A DNA stretch of 64,000 nt from a virus (Duplodnaviria > Caudoviricetes), in the IMG/VR virus record IMGVR_UViG_3300035703_000078, positions 4,288 through 68,287 of that record, one strand, 5' to 3'. Below the pieces are notes generated by a model. That model worked only from the letters and a program-made list of their open reading frames with translations. It had not been told where the DNA came from and ran no database searches. Shown here one piece after another: positions 56,576-64,000 of the stretch (position 1 is the first letter of the stretch; each line of letters opens with the position of its first letter). Made by a program: the position numbers and the translations under genes.

Positions 56576-58492
56576 TTATGTAAGTTCACAGCCATTAGCA
56601 GTGCATGCCATAGCGTGTGAAGCTTTTGTTGAATCTTCTAATTCATATTTGGATAGTAAGCTCCAGTTTACAGACTTAGGCATAACAGCATCCATCTTCT
56701 CGTACTCAGATAAAGTAATAGATTCAAATGGAGCTTGTTGATAAACATGATCCTCTGATGGTAGGAAAGAAACTCCTGAAACTAGATTCCAGTTTTCCCA
56801 TAGCCAACCACCAACAACAAGGAAATCATCATCTTTGTAGTTAACTGTAACGCTTGGCTTATGATCACAATACCATAACTGATATGCTAACCATAAATTT
56901 AAATGGCCAAGTGCATTGATTTCTTTCTGTGTTACACCAAAATCTGCTTTGATTGGGAATGAAAACACAGCAATATGATCAGGCTTCATTACACAAGGCT
57001 CGTTTGGAATACCAGAATCACGCATGAAATTAGCCATAGGTGAATTGTTTTCCATACGAATTCTTCTTATGTAATAGTGATCATATCTTGGGTGCAGTCC
57101 ACTAGCAGATCCAGCTACACAGGAAGTAGTTCCTTCTGGCTTGATGCATGTAATAGACTTGCTTTCTTCAATCTGAAGTACACTGGCCCATGCTTTGTTA
57201 ATACCGTGTGATACAAATCGTAGGGCTTCAAGTAGTTTCTTTAACTCAGGAGCACCTTGTCCACCATTTGTTAGGGCATTATCAAAGATACCAGTCATAC
57301 TTACACCTAGTAATCTTTCTTCCTTACAGTTATTTTCAAACTCGTAGTTGTTATTACTGCGGAAGTAAGTAAAGTTTGTCATTGCTGATTGAATAGTACC
57401 AAGGATTGTAGCCAACTTAATCTTTTCAATTAGCTGGGGAGCTTGATCATTTGGTTTAACTACTACTGTACTTAGATTACAGAATTGATTTGGTCTTAGA
57501 ATAATTTCAGAACATGGGTTAGTTCCAAACTTATAGTCTGGATTTCTACCAGCCTTAGCTGCAATGTTCTTCATTGATTCTCTATTACAAATACCACGCT
57601 CACCTGAACGTGAATCATAAAGAGAAGACCACTCTTTTAGGAATGTACCCATGTCTGGCTTGGATTCAAATACAGCAGAGTTATTAGCTAAAGATCTTCT
57701 GCCATTCTTTTCCCACCAAGGACCACTCTTAGCATGGGCCATCTCGTAATCACTAAGATCTGAGAGACTGATTAAAGCTGATCGTCTTACGCCACCGCTA
57801 ATAATACTATCAGCAATCTGACAAACAAGATCATGTACTTCAATAGGCTTTAACTTACGACCGCCAGCATTATTAAAGATGTTAGCAGTAAACTTGATGA
57901 GTCTAACAAATGGCTCAGGGCCACTGGCTCTGCCACCAAATGTCTTAAGTCTAGCACCAGCTGGCCGTACTTTACTTACGTCAACAGTAAAATGATTACC
58001 GTTGTATAGTTCTGTAATAAAACATTTGTAAGCTTCAGCCCAGCCTTCTCTGGAATCTTCAACAACAATAGATTCAGATAACTTATTGATTGTTTTTGGA
58101 ACTGGGGGTAGTTTGTTTACTTCTTCAGCTTCTACTGAAAAGCCAACCCCAGTACCACAAGCTAATGTATACAGGATATTAGAGAAAGATTCAACTGAGT
58201 TAACGGCAACATAACAGCAGTTGTATGCGGCAACATCGTCCTTATCTAAGGCCGAACCAGCTGTCATTAAAGCTCGCATTGATCCAAAGATTTCGCGGTT
58301 TATCATCATCTGTTTGGCTTTCTTAAGATCCTCTTTCATTGCAAGTGGGAGGATCTTATTAAGATCAAACCGATGTGTTAAGTAGTCAAAGTATCTATTA
58401 ACAGCTTCTTCCCAAGACTCTCTACGGTTAAGCTCGGGTATCCAACGGCAATACTTGTCTACTGCCACAAAGTCTTCAAATATCTTACTCAT
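56576..58492 (-). CDS. nrdJ: class II (adenosylcobalamin) ribonucleotide reductase, monomeric RTPR type
   Basis: SMRALMTAG, YNCCY, GGVRRSALISLS, TNPCSEI, CIKPEGT, C-terminal ACTANGC; no beta subunit nearby. Confidence 0.92.
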   Translation of the reverse strand: MSKIFEDFVAVDKYCRWIPELNRRESWEEAVNRYFDYLTHRFDLNKILPLAMKEDLKKAKQMMINREIFGSMRALMTAGSALDKDDVAAYNCCYVAVNSVESFSNILYTLACGTGVGFSVEAEEVNKLPPVPKTINKLSESIVVEDSREGWAEAYKCFITELYNGNHFTVDVSKVRPAGARLKTFGGRASGPEPFVRLIKFTANIFNNAGGRKLKPIEVHDLVCQIADSIISGGVRRSALISLSDLSDYEMAHAKSGPWWEKNGRRSLANNSAVFESKPDMGTFLKEWSSLYDSRSGERGICNRESMKNIAAKAGRNPDYKFGTNPCSEIILRPNQFCNLSTVVVKPNDQAPQLIEKIKLATILGTIQSAMTNFTYFRSNNNYEFENNCKEERLLGVSMTGIFDNALTNGGQGAPELKKLLEALRFVSHGINKAWASVLQIEESKSITCIKPEGTTSCVAGSASGLHPRYDHYYIRRIRMENNSPMANFMRDSGIPNEPCVMKPDHIAVFSFPIKADFGVTQKEINALGHLNLWLAYQLWYCDHKPSVTVNYKDDDFLVVGGWLWENWNLVSGVSFLPSEDHVYQQAPFESITLSEYEKMDAVMPKSVNWSLLSKYELEDSTKASHAMACTANGCELT

Positions 58493-59283
58493 TCTTTCTC
58501 CTTCTGTAAGTCTAAAATGTTTCTATCAGTTAGGTTATTAGGACTCCACAAGGTAATTTGCTGTGTTTCCTTATTATAATCGCCACTTCTTAGAATCCTA
58601 ACACACCTTGCTTGAGCCAAAGCAAACTCTTCTCTGGTCATTCCTTCTGGTATTTTATTATCAGGTCTTTTGCCCCAGTCTTCGTTTCTATAAAGATCCA
58701 TAATCACAGAATCCCAAGTTTCCTTGGGGTTGTTTTCTAAAATCTTCTTTGCTTTGGCTGGACCAAACTTCCAAAGACCCCAAATGTTATCAGTAGAATC
58801 TCCAGTAATCCATTGCTGATAGAAATAAGTATCAGCATCTTCCTCTAAAATCAGGACTGATTCTGGTTCTTTGTCAGGATTCCAGTGCCATCCAGGAATC
58901 TGACGTAGATCCTTATCTACCGTAACACCAATACAACGACCCTCTGAAACAAGCATACCTATTAGGTCATCTGCTTCAAGCCTGTCTACACAACGAGTAG
59001 TTAGTTGAGTTTCATAGATACACTCAAGGGCATACTTCATTGAGTCAGGCGGCTTGACATCTTCTCTATGCTTCTTATACTCAGACCAGAAAAGCCTTCG
59101 ATAGTTCTTTTCTCTGGGGCATGACATAGCAATATAAACCTTGTCCATACCAGGGGGAGTCCAGTTACGGATGTCTTGGTCGATTCTTTCTTGCAATGCA
59201 TCAATGCCTTCCTGGTCTGCCCAGAAAGCGGCACGGTAGGCCAGAATATCTCCGTCAAGGATTGCTTCATTTGGCTTATTCAT
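58489..59283 (-). CDS. 5'-3' exonuclease (T7 gp6-like)
   Basis: ILDGDILAY, LEADDLIG, DKDLRQIPG, GDSTDN; likely start ATG 59283. Confidence 0.92.
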   Translation of the reverse strand: MNKPNEAILDGDILAYRAAFWADQEGIDALQERIDQDIRNWTPPGMDKVYIAMSCPREKNYRRLFWSEYKKHREDVKPPDSMKYALECIYETQLTTRCVDRLEADDLIGMLVSEGRCIGVTVDKDLRQIPGWHWNPDKEPESVLILEEDADTYFYQQWITGDSTDNIWGLWKFGPAKAKKILENNPKETWDSVIMDLYRNEDWGKRPDNKIPEGMTREEFALAQARCVRILRSGDYNKETQQITLWSPNNLTDRNILDLQKEKE

Positions 59284-59923
59284 CCTCTTCTGTCCAATCC
59301 ATTTCTTCAATTTCTAATTTACCGAGTTCAATCCAAGCATCAAAGTCAGAGTTAATATCTTCCTTTAGATGCTCAATAGTAGAACCATTGAATAGAATAA
59401 TATCAAACAAGTCTTCATAGTTGCTGTTGATATTACCAAATGATTCTTCAGCTTTGTTAGCAAGCTCTTCGCTTTCGTGGTTTCTCCACTCAGCTTCATG
59501 CTCTGGCAGTAAACGACCACCAGAGTCAATGAAGATTTGAATAGCAGCAAGCTCACGACCTAATGCAATCTCATTCATGTAGCGTACATCATCTTGAATA
59601 ATAACATACTCCCAGAATTCCTTGCCTTCCATTTGATTATCTACTTCCTTTAACATATAGTTTTGAATAGATTCAAATGTTTTATTGATCCAGTAATTAG
59701 GATCTTCCTTACGCTTACCAGCACCAAGTTCTTGACAAAACTTACGATACTCATCTGGATTAGATTCCTTAGAATATCCTAACTCTAGTGCTGCCTTCTT
59801 TAATGAATCAGCAAACGGAAGGATAACAGGAATAAATCCAGCTTCAAATGCTTTCTTCTGTAGCTCTTGAGCTACTGTTGTTTTCCCAACTCTGCCCTTG
59901 CCACTTATCTGAAAAATTCTCAT
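59276..59923 (-). CDS. P-loop dNMP-kinase-like protein
   Basis: ISGKGRVGKTT, FADSLK, DDVRYMNE, HESE. Confidence 0.8.
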   Translation of the reverse strand: MRIFQISGKGRVGKTTVAQELQKKAFEAGFIPVILPFADSLKKAALELGYSKESNPDEYRKFCQELGAGKRKEDPNYWINKTFESIQNYMLKEVDNQMEGKEFWEYVIIQDDVRYMNEIALGRELAAIQIFIDSGGRLLPEHEAEWRNHESEELANKAEESFGNINSNYEDLFDIILFNGSTIEHLKEDINSDFDAWIELGKLEIEEMDWTEEDE

Positions 59924-60059
59924 TCTGTATTTCCTTCCAATTACGAATTATAAAACCAAGTCCAATGTTACCTCTTTGGTATTCAACAACAATTGGATGT
60001 CTTGGATTACTAGCTATAAACTCGTTTACTTGTCTCATAAAGTAAACTGCATCTGTCAT
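59844..60059 (-). CDS. hypothetical protein
   Basis: TAATG coupling to the polymerase gene; overlaps the kinase by 80 nt. Confidence 0.5.
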   Translation of the reverse strand: MTDAVYFMRQVNEFIASNPRHPIVVEYQRGNIGLGFIIRNWKEIQNENFSDKWQGQSWENNSSSRATEESI

Positions 60060-61780
60060 TAGTGTGTCTCCGACCAGTTAGAACCAATCTTATACTCGGC
60101 TTCAATAACACAATTACACTTCATTAGATCTCCAGCTGTAGTTGCTGACTCACAAAGAATGTTGCCAATCTTATGAGCATAGTCTGGATGGCATTCAATC
60201 TGAAGCTCGTCATGCACAGAAGCAACCCAGCCAAACTTATCGGAACCAATCTCAAGCTTTAGTCTATGGTCTGCTACGCATGCCCATGCCTTGGCAATGT
60301 GAGCTCCGCTAGATTGTAATAGTGTATTGAGAGCTGCATGTTCCTTGCGTACTGGAATAGGTCGCCAGTTAAATGGCTTTACAGACCCAGCATTCAAAGT
60401 ATCAAAGCGACAATTATCAATAACTTTCTTAAGTCCGGGGATGTTAGACAGAAGTTTGTTCTTGATTTGCTTGGCTTTGTAGGCAGTACAGCCAACAGTC
60501 TTGCCAAACTTTTCATCACCACCACCATACAAGAAACAATAGATTGCTGTCTTTGCTGTGTTTCTTGAGTCTAGTTCCATAGCGGTTTGGTTGTGAGTAT
60601 GGATATCACCTTCAACTACTACCTTAGAATAAGTGCCGCCATCATACTGATGTAAATAGTGTGCAAGCATTCGTAGTTCTAGACCCTTGAGGTCACAACC
60701 AACAAGCACCCAGCCATCCCGAGGACGGAACAAAGCCCGAGCTCTGGAGTCTGAGTGGACCTGTTGCATGTTGGGTTCTTTGGCAGACATACGACCAGTC
60801 ACAGTACCAAGGGTATTGACATAGCCGTGAATCCTCTTATCTCTGGATTGCTTAGCTCTGGAAACCCAATCAGATACCTGACCCATTAGTTTAATTAGGT
60901 CAAAGTATTTGCACAGTGTCTTAGCTTCAGGATATTCTAGCTGGGATAAGACATCGTGGTCAACCTTTGGATTGCCCTTATCAGTTTCATTGGGTTCCCA
61001 TCCATACTTTTCCTTTAGTCTTTCTGCAATCTGTTGTCTAGAACCAGGATTAAATACTTCAATCTTATCCTTAAGTTTCTTGCCAGTCTTTTCTGAATAG
61101 CGTTCAATTACCTTGTCAGGAAAGATGCGTCGCATTTCATCTTCAATCTGAGACTTTTCAATCAACAGTTCCATCTCAAGGTTTTCAGCTTTGTCAATAT
61201 CAAATGAAAAGCCGTTCTCAACTTGACGCTTAATCATATCAGCTACTACATGTTCCATGCGAATTGCTCTGGAGTATGTAGTAAAGTATGGTTGAGTTGT
61301 AAGATAATTAAACAACTTAGCAGTTACTACTGAGTCTTGAACACAGTAAGTACCCATCTCTTGAGTATAACAATCCCAACCAGATTGATAATTAATCTTG
61401 GGTTCACCAAGATATTCACCCCAAGAAGCAAGTGAATTGCTTTGGTCTGGGGTTGGTGGATTGTCTGGCCACATCATTCTAGCTAGAATAAGTGTATCAA
61501 GAACTTGGGTAAATGGTTCCTTGTTTAGAGAACCATACAACCGCTCAATGAGTGGGATGTCAAACCCATAGATATTGTGACCAACAATACAATCAGCATC
61601 TCGTAGCATTTGAATACCTTCTTCTAGGTTATCCTGCTCAAACAGATACTTTTCTTTTGTTTCAATATCTACAATTGATAGACACCAAACTCGGGTTGCT
61701 TCTTTTAAATATGTTTTCTTCTTACCAGCTACTACTTCATTAAGACCATCTGCTTCAATATCAAATGCTAATGTTGTCAT
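60059..61780 (-). CDS. family A DNA polymerase (T7 gp5-like, with 3'-5' exonuclease)
   Basis: FDIEADG, GHNIYGFD, YCVQD, TGRMS, DLKGLELR, AKTAIYCFLYG, VHDELQ. Confidence 0.97.
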   Translation of the reverse strand: MTTLAFDIEADGLNEVVAGKKKTYLKEATRVWCLSIVDIETKEKYLFEQDNLEEGIQMLRDADCIVGHNIYGFDIPLIERLYGSLNKEPFTQVLDTLILARMMWPDNPPTPDQSNSLASWGEYLGEPKINYQSGWDCYTQEMGTYCVQDSVVTAKLFNYLTTQPYFTTYSRAIRMEHVVADMIKRQVENGFSFDIDKAENLEMELLIEKSQIEDEMRRIFPDKVIERYSEKTGKKLKDKIEVFNPGSRQQIAERLKEKYGWEPNETDKGNPKVDHDVLSQLEYPEAKTLCKYFDLIKLMGQVSDWVSRAKQSRDKRIHGYVNTLGTVTGRMSAKEPNMQQVHSDSRARALFRPRDGWVLVGCDLKGLELRMLAHYLHQYDGGTYSKVVVEGDIHTHNQTAMELDSRNTAKTAIYCFLYGGGDEKFGKTVGCTAYKAKQIKNKLLSNIPGLKKVIDNCRFDTLNAGSVKPFNWRPIPVRKEHAALNTLLQSSGAHIAKAWACVADHRLKLEIGSDKFGWVASVHDELQIECHPDYAHKIGNILCESATTAGDLMKCNCVIEAEYKIGSNWSETH

Positions 61781-63476
61781 GGCGATAAATTATTTCTCCT
61801 TCCGGTGTTACAACGAACGGTACATCAATAAGCTTGGCTGTTTGGTCGTTGTAATACAAAGCAGTAGAGACACCTCTACGGCCACCCTTGCGGTTCTTAA
61901 GTACACGAATGTTGGTAGTATTGCAGATAAGTGGATCGGGATGCTGGGCATTGCGTTCTAGTGCAAACACATTGTCAGAGATCTGAGCAAGTGAGCCAGA
62001 GCCACGAAGGTCATTTAGATTAATGCGATCACCTTCGTCTACATTCTTATCTGTCTTTTTGATATGAGCAATGACATGGATAGTAACTCCAGTACGCTCT
62101 ACCAATTCACGAAGCTTCTTCATTACGGAGTCTAGAACTAGTCGTTCATCGTTACCGTAATCGGTTCCCGCACTAAGTAGCATATTACCCAGAAGGGTAA
62201 TGTGATCAAGAAAGATAATGCGACAGTCAAGACCAACAGCCATATACTCAAGACGATTGATAATGTTACTAATGTTCGCATTACCAATATGATCATAAAG
62301 GAAGAGAGCCTTGCTGCCAATCTCTGATTTTGCAGTTGTGTATTCGTCATCTGTTAGATTATCCTCTACCATATCAACGGTAGGTTTGTTGTTCTTCTTT
62401 CTTAGTTCATTAAGCTGACGCTGTGACATAATCTTACGGACAGGCTTGCCTAGCTTAAGTGAGATAAGGTCATCTACGGTTTGCTCTGGTGATTCTTCTA
62501 GGAATACAGCACCAACATTACGACCATGATTAAGATGATCCATTACCAGTTCACGGATAATGGTTGACTTACCATGACCAGTTGCTGAGGTCCATAGATT
62601 AAGCCGACCAGAATCCTGACCAATCATAAATGTAGTTAGAGAATCCCAAGGATACTCATAGACATCTGAGGATGGCTTGCTTGTATCCGAAACAACCTGG
62701 CTGACATGCAGGATAGAGTCTGGAGAATAAGCCTTGGCATTCCAGTAAGCCTGGAGTAGCTGGGCTGTCTCTGCATTGACCAGCATCTCATTAGGATCCT
62801 TGCGTGGCAGGGACATGATGTATGCCTTGCCGGGTGGTAGGATCTCGGCTACCTCACGCGCTGCCTTCTGGCCAGCCTCATCCATATCAAAGCAAATGAC
62901 AACGGTTTCAAAGGATGAAATAAAACTATAGTTATCCTTTACAGCCTTGACTGCTGAGTTTACACCATTGGGAATTGAAACAACTGGATACTTGTTTTCA
63001 AATACCTGATCCATTGTCAGGCAGTCAATAGCACCTTCAGTAATGCAGATGCGCTTGCCACCACCAGAGAATAGGTGCTGACCATAGAACTGTAGGTTGT
63101 TGGTGTTACCAATCCACGCAAAGTTCTTTCCATTATATCGAATATGCTGGGCTTGTAGTTGGCCCTCAGCATTGTAAAAGTTTTCAATCTCGCTGTTATT
63201 AACACCAGTCATGTAGCCATAGCGTCGTGCAGTCTTCTCTGTAATACGACGATGCTGCAAAGCAACTGGTTGACCAGTTCTAAATGCTGTGTCTACAACT
63301 GGAGTTTCTACTACTGTTTCCATACTAGTCTTTGTTCCTTTAATATAAAACTTACAAGCATAGCAATAGCTATGGCCGTCATCATAGACAGCAAGATTGT
63401 TACCTGATGTATCATTACCCTGTGCAGCACATGCTGGACAACGCTTACGATTAATAACTTTTGATTCTGTTTCCAT
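61761..63476 (-). CDS. primase-helicase (T7 gp4-like)
   Basis: Zn finger CPAC..CYAC, TOPRIM EGAID/FDMD, TGHGKS, FLDHI, LRGSGSLAQISD, KNR. Confidence 0.97.
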   Translation of the reverse strand: METESKVINRKRCPACAAQGNDTSGNNLAVYDDGHSYCYACKFYIKGTKTSMETVVETPVVDTAFRTGQPVALQHRRITEKTARRYGYMTGVNNSEIENFYNAEGQLQAQHIRYNGKNFAWIGNTNNLQFYGQHLFSGGGKRICITEGAIDCLTMDQVFENKYPVVSIPNGVNSAVKAVKDNYSFISSFETVVICFDMDEAGQKAAREVAEILPPGKAYIMSLPRKDPNEMLVNAETAQLLQAYWNAKAYSPDSILHVSQVVSDTSKPSSDVYEYPWDSLTTFMIGQDSGRLNLWTSATGHGKSTIIRELVMDHLNHGRNVGAVFLEESPEQTVDDLISLKLGKPVRKIMSQRQLNELRKKNNKPTVDMVEDNLTDDEYTTAKSEIGSKALFLYDHIGNANISNIINRLEYMAVGLDCRIIFLDHITLLGNMLLSAGTDYGNDERLVLDSVMKKLRELVERTGVTIHVIAHIKKTDKNVDEGDRINLNDLRGSGSLAQISDNVFALERNAQHPDPLICNTTNIRVLKNRKGGRRGVSTALYYNDQTAKLIDVPFVVTPEGEIIYRHDNISI

Positions 63477-63495
63477 AATAACCTTTCTAAATGAA

Positions 63496-63568
63496 TGCCC
63501 CCTGTAGGATTTGAACCTACGACCGATTGATTAAAAGTCAACTGCTCTACCAGCTGAGCTAAGAGGGC
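63496..63568 (-). tRNA. tRNA-Lys(UUU)
   Basis: Full cloverleaf; anticodon loop CTTTTAA; CCA not encoded. Confidence 0.93.
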
Positions 63569-63570
63569 GA

Positions 63571-63652
63571 TGACTCCGGGGGGAATCGAACCCCCACGCC
63601 TTGCGGCGGCAGATTTTAAGTCTACTGCGTATGCCAGTTTCGCCACGGAGCC
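63571..63652 (-). tRNA. tRNA-Leu(UAA)
   Basis: Cloverleaf with long variable arm; anticodon loop CTTAAAA. Confidence 0.93.
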
Positions 63653-63653
63653 G

Positions 63654-63727
63654 CATCCCCAGCTGGACTTGAACCAGCAACCTACAGCTTAGAAGGCTGT
63701 TGCTCTATCCAGTTGAGCTATGGGGAT
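63654..63727 (-). tRNA. tRNA-Arg(UCU)
   Basis: Cloverleaf; anticodon loop CTTCTAA. Confidence 0.93.
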
Positions 63728-63731
63728 ATAT

Positions 63732-63800
63732 TGAGATGGGTAGGGCTTGAACCTACACTGTGTGGTATTGTCTACCTGCCTCTACTTGGGCTACCATCTC
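63732..63800 (-). ncRNA. tRNA-like RNA with aberrant anticodon arm
   Basis: Perfect 7-bp acceptor stem, D arm and T arm (GTAGG-TTCAAGC-CCTAC); anticodon arm is only GGTA-GACAA-TACC. Confidence 0.7.
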
Positions 63801-63806
63801 GTTTGT

Positions 63807-63998
63807 TTATAGTAATCCATTCTCCTGATCAAATTGTGCAAGCCTATCCATTGCTTCCTGTGCATACACTTTCTTGTCAATCATGTCACGGATAGCCTCC
63901 AAGTGACCGTTGCTGTCTGCACCATGTTCAATGCGGCAGTCAATCTCATTGCGAATTTGACCAATCATAAGTAAAAGCCATTCAGCGGATGAATTCAT
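63807..63998 (-). CDS. hypothetical protein
   Basis: ORF at the window edge. Confidence 0.5.
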   Translation of the reverse strand: MNSSAEWLLLMIGQIRNEIDCRIEHGADSNGHLEAIRDMIDKKVYAQEAMDRLAQFDQENGLL

Positions 63999-64000
63999 TT

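Noticed and set aside
63311-63646. 111-aa ORF
   Set aside because: Overlaps two clear tRNA genes and the primase start; a shadow ORF
2177-63895. Plus-strand ORFs (for example 5863..6525, 9063..9626, 22250..22843, 25873..26397)
   Set aside because: Antisense to well-supported minus-strand genes, with no motifs or convincing SD
1-64000. Stop-codon reassignment, reverse transcriptase/DGR, integrase
   Set aside because: Genes are intact under the standard code, no suppressor tRNA is present, and no RT or recombinase motifs were seen

Overview
This window is most of the genome of a T7-like (Autographiviridae-related) podovirus. Essentially every real gene is on the minus strand and the assembly looks circularly permuted. 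In transcription order (right to left): a tRNA cluster, primase-helicase, PolA, a P-loop kinase, a 5'-3' exonuclease, class II RNR, portal, basic microproteins and fibre-like proteins, scaffold, major capsid, tail tubes A and B, tail fibre, a lysis cassette, terminase, and internal virion proteins ending in a 4035-aa giant. A probable genome end lies near 13.7 kb. It is followed by a GC-richer early region built of promoter-ORF-terminator cassettes, middle genes (DUF932, ThyX) and a canonical T7-type RNA polymerase. The main result is that the phage appears to encode three single-subunit RNA polymerases: the canonical 812-aa enzyme, a highly divergent 625-aa enzyme lacking the N-terminal domain but keeping all catalytic motifs, and an N4-vRNAP-like module embedded in the giant ejection protein next to a DEDDy exonuclease and a HExxH zincin motif. 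The early region also carries hairpin promoter-like elements, one matching N4 vRNAP promoter geometry, and two non-coding blocks packed with predicted H-type pseudoknots. All assignments come from reading motifs by eye; no database searches were run.
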